NCBI RefSeq assembly: GCF_009914755.1
Contig: NC_060939.1
DNA from: the human T2T-CHM13v2.0 reference genome, Homo sapiens
Length of the DNA stretch: 64,000 nt
Reading direction: 5' to 3' (one strand)
Below are positions 26,152 to 38,699 of the stretch, piece by piece; the stretch's first letter is position 1; every line of letters begins with the position of its first letter. Under the pieces are notes generated by a model. The model was not told the DNA's origin. It ran no database searches and saw nothing but the letters and a program-made list of their open reading frames with translations. The position numbers and the translations under genes were made by a program.

Positions 26152-27102
26152 TCAGGAATAATGTGGGAGGCCAGATTGAAGTCTGGGCCAGGAACAATGG
26201 TAATTGTGGGACTTAAAGAGTGAGTACAGCTGAAGGAGCCGGGGAGCTGAAAGTATATGCATCAGGTATGAGGAAGAAAATAGATTTTGGAAGTTATGAG
26301 AAATGTAGAGAGTGAGTTGAGCATAGTTTGTGATTTTTAGGGCCCCTAACAGTATTAAAGCAGCAGCAGCCGCTGCACGCAGACATGAGGGCTTGGCTAA
26401 AACAGTAAGGTCAAGTTGTTTGGACAGAAAGGCTACACAGTGTGCTCCTGGCTCTTGTGTAAGAATTCTGACCACACTAACCATGCCTAGGAAGGAAAGG
26501 AGTTGTTCTTTTGTAAGGGATTGAGGTTTGGGAGATTAATCGGACACGATCAGCAGGGAGAGCACGTGTGTTTTTATGAGAATTATGCCGAGATAGGTAA
26601 CAGATGAGGATGAAACTTGGGCTCGACTGAAGTAATGGGGGCTGTCTGTGAAGCCTTGCGGCAGTACAGCCCAGGTAATTTGCTGAGCCTAATGGGTGTC
26701 AGGGTCAGTCTAAGTGAAGACAAAGAGAGGCTGGGATGAAGGGTGCAAAGGAATAGTAAAGAAAGCATGTTTGAGATCCAGAACAGAATAATGGGTAGTA
26801 GAGGGAGTTATTGAGGATAGGAGAGTATATGGGTTTGGCACCATGGGGTGGATAGGCAAAACAATTTGGTTGATAAGACGCAGATCCTGAACTAACTTGT
26901 AAGCCTTGTCTGGTTTTAGGACAGGTAAAATGGGGGAATGGTAAGGAGAGTTTATAGGTTTTAGAAGCCCATGCTGTAGCAGGTGAGTGATAACAGGTTT
27001 TAATCCTTTTAAAGCTTGCTGTTGGATGGGATATTGGCGTTGAGCCAGGTAAGGGTGATTAGGTTTTAATGAGATGGTAAGTGGTGCGTGATTGGTCGCC
27101 AA
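26152..27102 (-). pseudogene. pol: HERV-H pol remnants (RT N-half; connection/RNase H region)
   Basis: ORF 26710-27102 PILPVLKPDKAYKLVQDLRLIN...YSVLDLKHAFFTIPLHPSSQPLF; ORF 26152-26484 VAFLSKQLDL; stops and deletions. Confidence 0.92.
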
Positions 27103-27256
27103 GGAGGGAGTAGAGGTATCTTATACTTGTGGGTTAAGGTGGGGGAATACAGGAGGAGGAAGCAAAGGAGGCTTTTGGATTGGGAAGAAGGGCAGCAATG
27201 AGATGCGGCTATAGTCCAGGAATAGTCAGGGAAGCAGATAATTTGGTTAAAATATC

Positions 27257-27481
27257 TCAGCCTAATAAGGGAACTGGGCAGGTGGGGATAACTAAAAAAG
27301 AGTGTATAAAAGAGTATTGTCTAAGTTGGCACCAGAGTTGGGGAGTTTTAAGAGGTTTAGAAGCCTGGCTGTCAATACCCACAACAGTTATGGAGGCAAG
27401 GGAAACAGGCCTTTGAAAAGAAGGTAATGTGGAGTGAGTAGCCTCCGTATTGATTAAGAAGGGGACGGACTTACCCACCAC
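27257..27481 (-). pseudogene. pro: HERV-H protease remnant
   Basis: FLINTEATHSTL (degenerate DTGA motif), FLVIPTCPVPLLG. Confidence 0.88.
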
Positions 27482-27537
27482 TGTGAGAATTACCTAAAGC
27501 TCGGCGTCCGTGATGGTCTACAGGGCTTCCGAGGCGA

Positions 27538-27867
27538 TCAGGCAGCATCAGTCTTCAGCCGCAAAGCGAAGAAGGAATCAGTCAGAGAGCCTTGGGCCAG
27601 AGTTCCAGGGGCTCTGGGAGTGGCTGCCAGGTGAGTTGAACAGTCCGATTTCCAGTGTGGTCCCGCACAGATGGGACATGGCTTAGGAGGAATCCTGGGC
27701 TGCAGGCATTCCTTGGCCTGGTGGTCAGATTTCTGGCACTTGTAGGAAGCTCCTGGGGGAGGAGGTTCTGGAGGAATGCCTGGCTGCTGCAGTTCAGGCG
27801 TTTGGAAGTTCTTGTGTGCTGGAGATGTGGCTGGGGTTTGTCTTACAGTGGAGGCAAGGAATTGCAA
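27538..27867 (-). pseudogene. gag: HERV-H gag C-terminus (nucleocapsid)
   Basis: two zinc knuckles: SYKCQKSDHQAKEC (first Cys lost) and CPICAGPHWKSDC. Confidence 0.9.
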
Positions 27868-28664
27868 CTTTTTTTTTATTATTGTACACCTTGAAGGTGA
27901 GGTTAATTAAGTCCTGTTGCGGGGTTTGAGGGCCAGATTCTAATTTTTGGAGTTTTATTTAATGTCGGGAGCAGATTGGGTAATAAAATGTATATTGAGA
28001 ATAAGACGGCCTTTTGACCTTTTAGGGTCTAGGGCTGTAAAGCGTCTCAGGGTTGCTGCCGAATAAGCCATGAACTGGGCTGGGTTTTTATATTTGATAA
28101 AAAAAAGAGCCTAAAAGCTTCTGATTTGGGATAAAGAAAAAGGAGCCTTAACCTTGACTATGCCTTTGGCTCCAGCCACCTTTTTAAGAGTAAATTGCTG
28201 GGCAAGTGAGGGAGGGCTAGTCACAGAACGAAACTGTAAGCCAGACCAGGTGTGAGGAGGGGAGGCGATAAAAAGATTACAGGGTGGAGGAGCGGAGGCT
28301 GAGGAAGAATTGGGACCTAGCTTGGCCTGGCGAGGAAGGGAGAGGTCAGATGGGTCTGTAGAAAAGGAAGATTAAAAAGACTCAGCGACGCTTGGGGTTG
28401 GGACTGAGGGGACAGACGGGAGGGAAAGAAGGAAGATTTGGGACGAGTTGCACTGGGCACAGAGACTAGGAAGGGACTGATGTGTAAAAGAAAGCCTGAA
28501 CGTCAGGCACCTCAGACCATTTGCCCATTTTATGACAAGAATTATTTAGATCTTGTAGGATGGAAAAATTGAAAGTGCCATTTTCCGGCTATTTGGAACT
28601 ACTGTTGAGTTTGTATTGGGGTCGAGCGGCATTGCAGAAGAAAATAAGATGCTTAGATTTTAGG

Positions 28665-29408
28665 TCAGGTGAGAATTGAAGAGGTTTTAAGTTTTTGAGA
28701 ACACAGGCTATGGGAGAAGAAGGAGGAATGGAAGGTGGAAGCTTGCCTATAGTGAAGGAGGCAAGCCCAGAGAAAAGAGTAGAGACACGGAGAAGGGGTA
28801 GGGGTTTCTTGCCCTCCAGAAAAGCAGAGAAAGGGTTGGGGCATGGAAATAAGGAATTGGGGCACAGAGATAAGAGGTTGGGGTGTGGAAATAAGGGATT
28901 GGGCGTTCTTGCTCCCTAGAAAAGCGGGACTTGCCACTAAGGGTGAAGGAGAGGGGGTTGAGGGGTACTTGCCCCTCCCCCAGAAAAGCAGAGAAGGGGT
29001 AGAGACAAGGAGAGAAGCGGGACTTGCGGCTAAGGGTGAAGGACCAAGGCAGGTGTCCCTGCGTGGTCTGACACCTTTGAAACATGGGTGAATAATCAGA
29101 GAGGCTTCCCTGCAATGATTAAACACCAAGGGAAGGCTGCCTTCCCAGTCCGTGACCGGCGCCGGAGTTTTGGGTCCACGGATAAAACGTGTCTCCTTTG
29201 TCTCTACCAGAAAATGAAAGGAATTGAAATTAAGAGAAGGGAGAGATTGAAGTGTGGCGCCAAGATTGAGAGGAGAAAGAGGTTGAGGGATAGTGAGGGA
29301 AGCTGGAGAAGAGAGTAAAAAGAGGCCTCTTACCGGATTTGAAATTGGTGAGATGTTTCTTGGGCTGGTCGGTCTGAGGACCTGAGGTCGTAGGTGGATC
29401 TTTCTCAT
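28665..29408 (-). other. 247-aa ORF in the HERV-H leader, homologous to the HERV-H-derived ESRG ORF; translation unproven
   Basis: RKIHLRPQVLRPTSPRNISPISNPV..LGATLQSLPSLNFNSFH..KTPAPVTDWEGSLPLVFNHCR matches the recalled ESRG protein. Confidence 0.6.
29328..29336 (-). promoter_or_regulatory. HERV-H major splice donor
   Basis: minus strand aaatccg|gtaaga about 145 nt downstream of the 5' LTR. Confidence 0.7.
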
Positions 29409-29459
29409 GGAGCAAAGAGCAGGAGGACAGGGGATTTATCTCCCAAGGGAGGTCCCCCG

Positions 29460-29477
29460 ATCCGAGTCACGGCACCA
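29460..29477 (-). other. primer-binding site, tRNA-His
   Basis: TGGTGCCGTGACTCGGAT 2 nt after the 5' LTR; complementary to the tRNA-His 3' end. Confidence 0.95.
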
Positions 29478-29479
29478 AA

Positions 29480-29913
29480 TTTCATGCGCATCCGTGGGAA
29501 GAGACCACCAAACAGGCTTTGTGTGAGCAACATGGCTGTTTATTTCACCTGGGTGCAGGTGGGCTGAGTCCGAAAAGAGAGTCAGCAAAGGGAGATAAGG
29601 GTGGGGCCGTTTTATAGGATTTAGGAAGGTAATGGAAAATTACAGTCAAAGGGGGTTGTTCTCTGGTGGGCAGGGGCGGGGGTCACAAGGTGCTCAGTGG
29701 GGGAGCTTCTGAGCCAGGAGAAGGAAATTCACAGGGTTAATCCCTCAGTTAAGGTGGGGCAGGAACAAATCACAATGGTGGAATGTCATCAGTTAAGGCA
29801 GGGCAGGGCCTTTTCACTTCTTTTGTGGATCTTCAGTTACTTCAGGCCATCTGGATGTATACATGCAAGTCACAGGGGATGCAATGGCTTGGCTTGGGTT
29901 CAGAGGCCTGACA
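29480..29913 (-). mobile_element. LTR7 (5' LTR, promoter)
   Basis: about 95% identical to 24294-24728; TATAAAA at 29610-29616; followed by the PBS. Confidence 0.96.
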
Positions 29914-30069
29914 GAGACCATGTGGTTTTTTTCACTTTGGGAAAATTTATCACACTATACACTTATGATCTGAATACGTTGCTGTATGGTTGTGTTTACT
30001 TAAAACGGACACATAAATAAAAGGTATGCTGGGCTGGATGCTCTCACAGGGAAAGGCAGCACAGAATAA

Positions 30070-30315
30070 CAACGTTATCTGTTGAGTGTTTACCATGTAC
30101 CAGGCTCTGATAGAAGATTTGTGGATACATTATCTCATTTAATTCTCACAACATTATTAGAATCCTATTATTATCCCCAGTTTACTGATGAAAAAACTGT
30201 AATACAGTCAGCTAAGTTAACTTTTCCGAGGTCCATGCAGGTAGTAAGTGATAGAGACAGGTCACAAAACACAGACTTTCGAATACACAGCACATGCTCT
30301 GTACCACTGAGCTAC
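30070..30315 (-). mobile_element. MIR SINE
   Basis: ttgagtgtttaccatgtaccagg..attatctcatttaattctcacaac..tattattatccccagtttactgatgaaaaaactg. Confidence 0.85.
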
Positions 30316-33010
30316 AGAAAATGACGTGTTCTGTCTGGACTAGTGCGTCTGAGGGTGAGTTCTTCGTTTTCCTGGAGCCTCAGTTTCCTCTCTGCTTCTT
30401 TCAGCTCTCACATTATAGTTTAATCTGAATTGACTAACAGGTTCATGCATCTCTTTATTTCTCTTCCTCCCTGTGGCCTTCCCCTCAAAAAAGGACTCTT
30501 GTTATAGCCGAGTGAGATGTTAGCATACAAATAGAACTTTAGTCTGAAGTCCAATTGCAGAACCATTTTTTGTTCTTCCTTTCCAGGTTGGTGGAGTACT
30601 ACCTGTGCAGAGCTGTCTGAATCTGTTCTAGGGCTACCTTGCATTTGCTATTGTTTAATACAATCCTATCAACCTTGAAGTCATCATTGGTGCAGGCCCC
30701 ACCCATACAGGCACTAGTTTCTCTAAAAGAGGCACTCCTGTGCTGCAGCCCTGCTCATTTGAATGAGATTTTACCTGGATAATGCAAAAGGCATTTTGAG
30801 GAATGCATCCCAGCATTTGAGGCAACTCCCAGCAGAACAACCTGCCATTTGTGATGCCTTCTTCAGGTTAAACATTTTAGATTAATCAATAAGTAAATGG
30901 CAAATAAATGGCATGAGCCCCATGTTCAATATAAATGAGATCAACTGAAGAAGCAGAAAAGGGCACTTTTGGCACCATCCAACACGCCTTAGGAAGTGCT
31001 GCCTTCTCTGCCTACTTTGGGTGAATATCCAGAGATGTTTTAGAACGTCAGAGTGTCTGGTGCCTTTTGTTTTAACACATGGATTTCATTTTGGGGTGCT
31101 ATTGTCCTGAATCTCTGTCACCCAGTAGAAAGGTCATGACTCTGGCAAAATGTTCTCCCTCCTCCAATATAAATCTAAGCAACCAGCCCCAGAATAATAC
31201 AGTGGCACAAAAATGCCGAGACCAGAGCAGGAACATTGCTGCCTTGGAGAATTTGCCAAACACTACCCCAAATAAGCTTTTCATAAGGAATCCCATTTAT
31301 TTCTCCCAATACTTGCTGCTAATTTACTTCAGTTACACTTTTCGGGTGTGTAATATCTCATTTTTGAGAAAAATATGTTGCAGCCAAAAGAGCTGACCTT
31401 GGTGTGTTTTCAGACTATCTGCTGTGTACCTGACAAATGAGGCACCAAAGCCCTTCCATATTCTGTTTGGGGGGCTATTGGCTGAGGAATCCTTGGTCAT
31501 CCCACCTGCCTGGCATCTAGGATCATGATGAATTGTCTCCAACTCTAGCCTCAGATTGTTTTTTAACATTTAATTTAGTTTCTTCCTGTGCTTGGATGAA
31601 CATGGCCATGTTATGGATTTCTGCTCTAATGTACACCAGCAGGCTGGAAGAACAAGCCTCAGCAAGCTGTGGAAATTAGAGAGACTGGATCAATAGGCAA
31701 GGTCACGACCCCCCAGCTCTGATTCTGTACACTGTCCTGAAATTCTCTCCCCTGGAAATCCTCCTGCTGCTTCGAATGTGAATCCGTGTGCATTCCCAGA
31801 GAGGAATTCATGTAAACAAGCCTACCCCAAACCCCTCACATCTCAGAGAGCAACACCCATAATCACAAACACTAAAAAAATTTGTATAAACCACAACCTA
31901 GGAATATAAACATCTAGGCATTTGCTTTAGGTGCAGTTTGTGAACTCCATTGTTTAAAAGACCCTTTCAGAGGGAGGGAAAATAGATGAGGACAAAGAGA
32001 CAGACGACCTGCCAATTCCAAAGTACACCTCTAAGAAATAATCCTGTGTCACACACACACCTCAAACAAAAGGATAGACTCTTCTGTCCCTATGTCTTGA
32101 AATTTTTATGAGACACAAAATTGGTAAAATCAACCTGATTTCAACTCTAAGAAATACCTCTGGGCTCAATAAGACAGATTAAGGAGAACACATTTGAAAA
32201 TATTTTAAAAGATAGCAGGTGACTTTTAGATCTTGTCAGTACGAAGAACCTACATTTCCAAACACTGGACAATATCCTTAACAAACCAGCTTTCTATCTG
32301 GAGATGTACAAGTTGATGTTGTTCAGAGTTATAATTTTCCTGGGTGGAAATAACTAATGCGTCAAAACTTCAAACCTGCTAAAGCAAACCTGCTAGCGGT
32401 AATTTATCATATTCACTAATCACTGGTTCCAAAATGACCTGACATCAAAATGATCAATTTAGTGGGGGGAAAAAGGCATCTTAAAGATCTGTCTTTGGGA
32501 AGAAGGTTAAGGATGTGCAAAACAATGGGAGAAAATGAAGGAGATTTGGGTCGAGGGGAGGAGGAGGAGGCTCCAAGAGCCCCTTTTCATCTGGAATCTG
32601 GGTGCCACCTTCATGTGTAAATCTGAAGCCACGTGGCCCAGGAAAGTGGGATTTCTTTTATTCGAAAAGTAAGTTCAGTATATGATAATCCGCATCTTTA
32701 TCTAAACCCCTTATTCAGGAACAACAGCGAAAGAACTTTCTAGAGTCCAGTATTTCTATGACATTTGATAGTTTTGCTCCATAATTTAGATCACTGGGCT
32801 ATATTTGAGGATGTAGGGGGTGATTCTCTGTTGCATTTTTGACAAACCACTTAGCCAATCCCTTGTCTTCATACTACTGCATATCAGAAATTTTAAGTGA
32901 AACAACATCACACTTTAAATCTCCAGATGGAAAATTAGTTTGTTAAGAATACTGCTTTGTGCTTGGAAGAAGGTTGTTACTGGCAAAGGATATTATTTGC
33001 AAGAATTCTG

Positions 33011-33436
<426 letters not shown>

Positions 33437-33855
33437 CTATTTGTTTTTAGGTACTGCAAGAATCACATTTGCTCTGGTCCAACAGAAATAGCCGCAGTGA
33501 AAGATCTAGATATGAACAGGGATTGGTGAGGATTAATGAGGGAGTGATTTAGAAGATATAAAAAGGCAAATGATAAAGATTTTTCTCCTGCTGAGTGAAG
33601 GCTTTCAGTTTGGAAATACACCTCACTTTTGATCACAATGGCAAGTCACAATGAGTATCTGGATGCATAAATGGCTGTTCAGAATCATAAAGTCTAGAGC
33701 AGGAGCTAACCTATTATCCAGTGTTTTCCTCTAGATGAATAAGGTTATGATCTCAGTTTTTCAGCACCTAAGATCCTGAGACATTTATACACCCTGTCCA
33801 AGGCCTACCTACCAGGAATACACAATTGACTGGAGCTCTGCATTGCTGTCTATTG

Positions 33856-34052
33856 ATACAGGGCTTTACCTTCATATAAGGCTATGTCCTCATTACAGGG
33901 TTCTCCTGTAATACCGACCTCCAACCCCTGATGCAGGGCTCTATCCCTCATACAGAGTTTTACCACAATGAAGGGTTCTGCTCCAATACAGGTCTTTATT
34001 CTAATACAATAGGGCTCTGTTCCTACTGTGGGGGCTCTGATCTCTCATGCAG
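33856..34052. repeat. degenerate ~18-20 bp minisatellite (atacagggctctatccctc-like)
   Basis: about 10 diverged units read directly. Confidence 0.65.
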
Positions 34053-34059
34053 GAATTTA

Positions 34060-35250
34060 TTTCTGTTCTTGTGATTTAATGTCACGTAACAAGTTGCCCC
34101 GAAAATTAGTGGCTTAAAACACTAACAGCATGTATTTGTTCATAAATTACAGTTTGGACTAAGCTTCAGGTAGATAGCTTATCTCTGCACCATGTGGCAT
34201 CAGCAGGGGCATCTTGAATCATCTGGAGGCTGCTGTATTCACAGATCTGGTGGCTGATGCAAGACATTGGCTGAGGCCTCAGTTCCTCTCCGTAGGGGCC
34301 TCTCCATGTGTTCTCTCCACCTGGTGATTCAGACTTCTTCACAACATGATGGCAGGCTTTGTTGGAGTACAGCAAGCATCCCAAAAACGTCTAGCCTTGG
34401 AAGTCACATAGCATCCCTTTTGCCTTAATTTATCAGTTGATTCCCAAGCCGCTGCCCAGATTCAAGGGGAGAGAACATAGACCTCACCTCTCAGTGGGAG
34501 GAGCCTCTATTTCACATTGTAGGATGAGCAAATGGAAAAGGAGATGTTGTTGCATTCAAGACAATACAATCTGCTATAATTTACCTTCTGGCCACAGCAA
34601 TTCAAATCCCTCCTATGTGCTAAATATATTCATGCCCCCGCTTCAAGGCCTCAAGTCTCATTCCCCTGAACCATCAGCTTAAGGTCCAGGATCTCATCAT
34701 CTAAATCAGGTCCTGATGACGTGGAGGACCCTTGGCTTCAGATCCTGGAGCACTGGTCTTTTTGATATGAAGCCCCGTGAACTAAATAGACAAGGATCCA
34801 CATGGATAGCTCATGTCTGCTCCACTTGGTATCAGATAGGGTAGCTCCCAGGCTGGGGGCTGGAAGCATCTGGAGTATCCCTTACTCGCACATCTATAGC
34901 TGGTGCTGGATCTTGGCTAGGAGCCCCAGTTTTTCTCTAGGTGGACCCTTCCATATGTTCTCTTTGTGTAGTAAATTTGGGCTTCCTTACAGCACACTGG
35001 CTGGCTTCCCTAGAACAAACATTCTAAAGAGTGAGCCAGCTGGACGCTGTGGTCTTTTTATGAGCTGGCTTCAGAAGATACACAGCATCACTCTCCTGCA
35101 CTCCATTGGTTAAAGGCTTCCTAAGCTCTGTCAAGATACAAGTGGAGAAGCCCTAAGCTTTACTCTCAATGAGAAAGTCTCAAAGTCACATTGTAAGAAG
35201 AGCAAGTGGGATGGAAAAATATTGTAGTCATTTAGGAAAATGTAATCTGC
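34060..35250 (-). mobile_element. old MLT1 (H/F/G-like) MaLR remnant: LTR, short internal piece, second LTR fragment
   Basis: aaaattagtggcttaaaacac..ctagccttggaagtcacatagcatc..ccagattcaagggga; ccaggatctcatcatctaaatcaggtcc; second LTR-like block ~34800-35250. Confidence 0.65.
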
Positions 35251-35254
35251 TAGA

Positions 35255-35414
35255 ATGGGCTGCCTTGCAAAACAGTGAACTCCTTTCTACTGGGGTCATT
35301 CACAGTGAGGCTGAATGACTAGCAGTCAGGAATGCTGCAGAGGGGATTCCTAATATGAAGAGAAATTTTGACTAAATGACTTCCGAGGTCTCTTGCATCT
35401 CTCAGATTCTATGA
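35255..35414 (+). mobile_element. L3/CR1 LINE 3' end
   Basis: gaggctgaatgac..gggattcct..ttgactaaatgacttccgaggtctcttgcatctctcagattctatga. Confidence 0.7.
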
Positions 35415-36936
35415 GGCTATAGAAAGGACAATGGAACCCAGGTACTCTGAAGATTTTAGGGAGCTGAATTATATAGGCCTGTGGCATATAAGAAAAAGCC
35501 CAGGCAAAAAAGGACATATGGATAAATTGAAGGTGCTAAGGATGCAGCCCTAGGATAGCCTGTGTCTGAACACTATGACCTTGTCTGCTAACAAGAGCAG
35601 ATGGCCATGACCCTGGACAGCTCAGGCTGGCAAGAAAGGTGGCAGCTCATATAGTTTATATTGACTTAAAACCAGATGAACCTGCTGCCCAGGAAGAAAA
35701 GGGGTTGTTTCCTCTGCTGAGCCAGAATGTAGACAGATACAAAAATCCATGAACTTTTGGGCCAATAAGAGGGAGATGGGACTGTGTGCATGTGTGAGGG
35801 CTTTATAAGCCGCGAAGTGATGTGTCAATGTTGTTTATTGTGTCAGGACTTCCATTCATGTAGCAGAGACTTTTGTAAACAAAGCTGAACCCTCTCTTGT
35901 GCTCTGTCCCATACGTGGATTTCTTACATTTGGTCAAATCATCTTTCCATGAAGGGGCTTGTCTGTGTCCATTTCCTGTGAGACTCTTGCTTAACATTCT
36001 GAGTCAATCAATCAATGTGGTTACAATATTGGCCTCGGACCAGTGACAGGGGCTGTGTTGGTGGACACAGCCTCAGAGTGTGCCTCTCTAAACCTGCTGG
36101 CCATCTCTTATCATGTCTTCTTGTCATCAGTTTTTCAAAACCAGGCACTTTTTCTGCTGCGCTCCACCAGGCTGGCTTCCAACAGTACCTTGCTCTGGGG
36201 CAGAATTGTACTGGCAAATGCATAATTCAGTGGTTTGTACTTTGCATCTATTAACCATGGCACCAAATGCAGGAATGACACAATGGTGAGGCTTTTGCTT
36301 AGACAGTGTTTTTCCTGAGTGAAGCTTAACATTCAAACCAATTTATAATTCCTTTGCATAGTAGATAAGTATCATAATAGTCTTTTAATAGATGACTCGA
36401 TGGAAACACATATATTATAAGGTCAATGTCACTGCAAATTATTACAAGAGGTACAATTCAAGGGTCCTAACTGTTCGTATCTAACATTTACTTCTAGATT
36501 ATGCATAGTACATAGTAGGTTTTTAAAAATATCCATTGAGCTTTATTATATTATCAATAGTCAATTAAATAAAATGCAGCTTCAAGGCTTTTTTTAAAAC
36601 CAAAGACTGACTTAAGATAGACACATTCAACTGGTTTGAAAATCTCTAGCTGAAAAATAACCATTATGTTTCTACTAGATAAATGATGGCAGCCGGATTA
36701 AGTCTCAACTAACTAAATATCATATTTACTTGCCTTTATGCAAGTCGTGAAAGCAGAAATAGAGCTGTGGTGGTAACTTTTTATTTATTTTCCCTATCTT
36801 ATACTTACATATCTTTTACAAAGTCCAAATATTCATAATTCTATTCATTCACAGAATGTCTAGGAGAATCTGTTAGTACAGATACTGTTATTCCTGTTTC
36901 AAAGACAGAAGTCAAAAGGTTAGAAGTGATTTATTT

Positions 36937-38083
36937 ATTTTTGCTATGCTTTTTTTTTTTTTAAGTTCCAGAATACATGTGCAGAACCTGTAGATTTGTT
37001 ACATAGGTATACATGAGCCATGGTGGTTTGCTGCACCTATCTACCCATAACCTAGGTTTTAAGCCCCACATGCATTAGCTATTTGTCCTGATGCTGTCTC
37101 TTCCCTCACCCCCCCACCCCATGACAGGTCGCCATATGTGTTGTTGCCCTCCCTGTGTCCATGTGTTCTCATTGCTCAACTCCCACTTATGAGTGAGAAC
37201 ATGCAGTGTTTGGTTTTCTGTTCCTGTGTTAATTTGCTGAAGATGATGGTTTCCAGATTCATCTGTGTCCCCACAAAGGACATGATCTCATTCCTTTTTG
37301 TACCTGCATAGTATTCCATGGTGTATATGGACTACATTTTCTTTATCCAGTCTATCATTGATGGGCATTGGGTTGGTTCCATGTCTTTGCTATCGTGAAT
37401 AGTGCTGCAATGAACATACGTGTGCATGTATCTTTATAGTAGAATGACTTATATTTTGGTATATACCCAGTAATGGGATTGCTGGATCAAGTGGTGTTTC
37501 TGGTTCTGGATCCTTGAGGAATAGCCACACTGTCTTCCACAATGGTTGAACTAATTTATAGTCCCACCAACAGTGTAAAAGCGTTCCTGTTTCTCCACAG
37601 CCTCACCAGCGTCTGTTGTTTCTTGACATTTTAATAATCACCATTCTGACTGGCATGAGATGGTATCTCATTGTGGTTTTGGTTTGCATTTCTCTAATGA
37701 TCAGTGATGTTGAGCTATTTTTCATATATTTGTTGGCCACATAAATGTCTTCTTTTGAAAAGTGTCTGTTCATATCCTTTGCCCACTTTTTGACAGAGTT
37801 GTTTTTTTCTTGTAATTTGTTTAAGTTGGTTATAAATTCTGGATATTAGACCTTTGTCAGATGGGTAGACTGCAAAAATTTTCTCCCATTCTGTAGGTTG
37901 CCTGTTAGCTCTGATGATAGTTTCTTTTGCTGTGCAGAAGCTCTTTAGTTTAATTAGATCCCATTTGTCAATTTTAGCTTTTGTTGCAATTGCTTTTGGT
38001 GATTTCGTCATAAAATCTTTGCCCATGCCTATGTCCTGAATGGTATTGCCTAGGTTTTCCTCTAGGGTTTTTATGATTTGGGG
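36937..38083 (-). mobile_element. 5'-truncated L1PA (L1PA8-like), ~1.15 kb
   Basis: poly(T), L1PA 3' UTR, ORF2p C-terminus [35 protein letters not shown] (37715-38026); TSD agtgatttattt at 36925-36936 and 38084-38095. Confidence 0.95.
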
Positions 38084-38214
38084 AGTGATTTATTTTAAAA
38101 TAGAGCATACATTCACCCATTCTCTGGTTCAATTTTCTTTCTATTGCATTGTAATATTAGCTAATAAATGATTCTCATTATAACAAATAATTAGCCAGTA
38201 AAATTATTATTATT

Positions 38215-38450
38215 ATTTATTGAACAACAATTGTATTCTGTGCCCTGTGCTAAGTACTTTACCTACATTATTTAATTTAATCCTCACAACCACTTTTGAA
38301 GGAGACACTATTATTAGTGTCATTTGATAGATGAATCACCTTAGGCTTACAGAGCTTGAGTAACTTGTGTCAATGTGATAAAACCTTTTTTAAGAAAAAA
38401 AAAGATGGACTCTGAAACCATGCAAAAGTGCTTAACCACAATGCAGTACT
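38215..38450 (-). mobile_element. MIR SINE
   Basis: ctgtgctaagtactttacctacattatttaatttaatcctcacaacc. Confidence 0.75.
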
Positions 38451-38699
38451 GCTTCTTATGGCAGATATCATGGAGAAAGCTGAAGATGATGGGAAAGAGA
38501 ATGGGTGAAAGAAATAGGTATGTATGGACATTAATTTTTTTCCAAAGTAACAATTTACATTTCAAAAATTATGATTTCACCATTGTATGAAAGCAACTCT
38601 TGCTCCTGTAAAATTAAAGCTTTCCCCTCCTCCCCATTGCATTGTTACAGACTGGTTGGTGTTCAAGTAGGAAGGAATGTGTTCTGGAGTGGATTTATA

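Larger units (their letters stand above)
24294..29913 (-). mobile_element. HERV-H provirus (common deleted ~5.6 kb form)
   Basis: two LTR7, tRNA-His PBS, PPT, gag/pro/pol remnants; perfect 5-bp TSD GAGAC at 24289-24293 and 29914-29918. Confidence 0.98.
24040..30025 (+). mobile_element. L1ME-like 3' fragment (24040-24293 and 29914-30025) split by the HERV-H insertion
   Basis: atgattccattcatataaaattgaaaaacaggcaaaatt..gggtttctgggg..tctgggtg continues after the provirus as ttcactttgggaaaattt..tacacttatgat. Confidence 0.75.

Noticed and set aside
28740-29045. Short repeated blocks superficially like a repeat-spacer array
   Set aside because: Normal tandem repeats of the HERV-H leader; eukaryotic DNA, no cas genes, not CRISPR.
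24446-30020. Near-identical ORFs at 24446-24748 and 29697-30020
   Set aside because: Antisense translations of the two LTR7 copies.
37715-38026. 103-aa ORF with a real protein signature
   Set aside because: L1 ORF2p C-terminal fragment in a 5'-truncated, dead L1PA.
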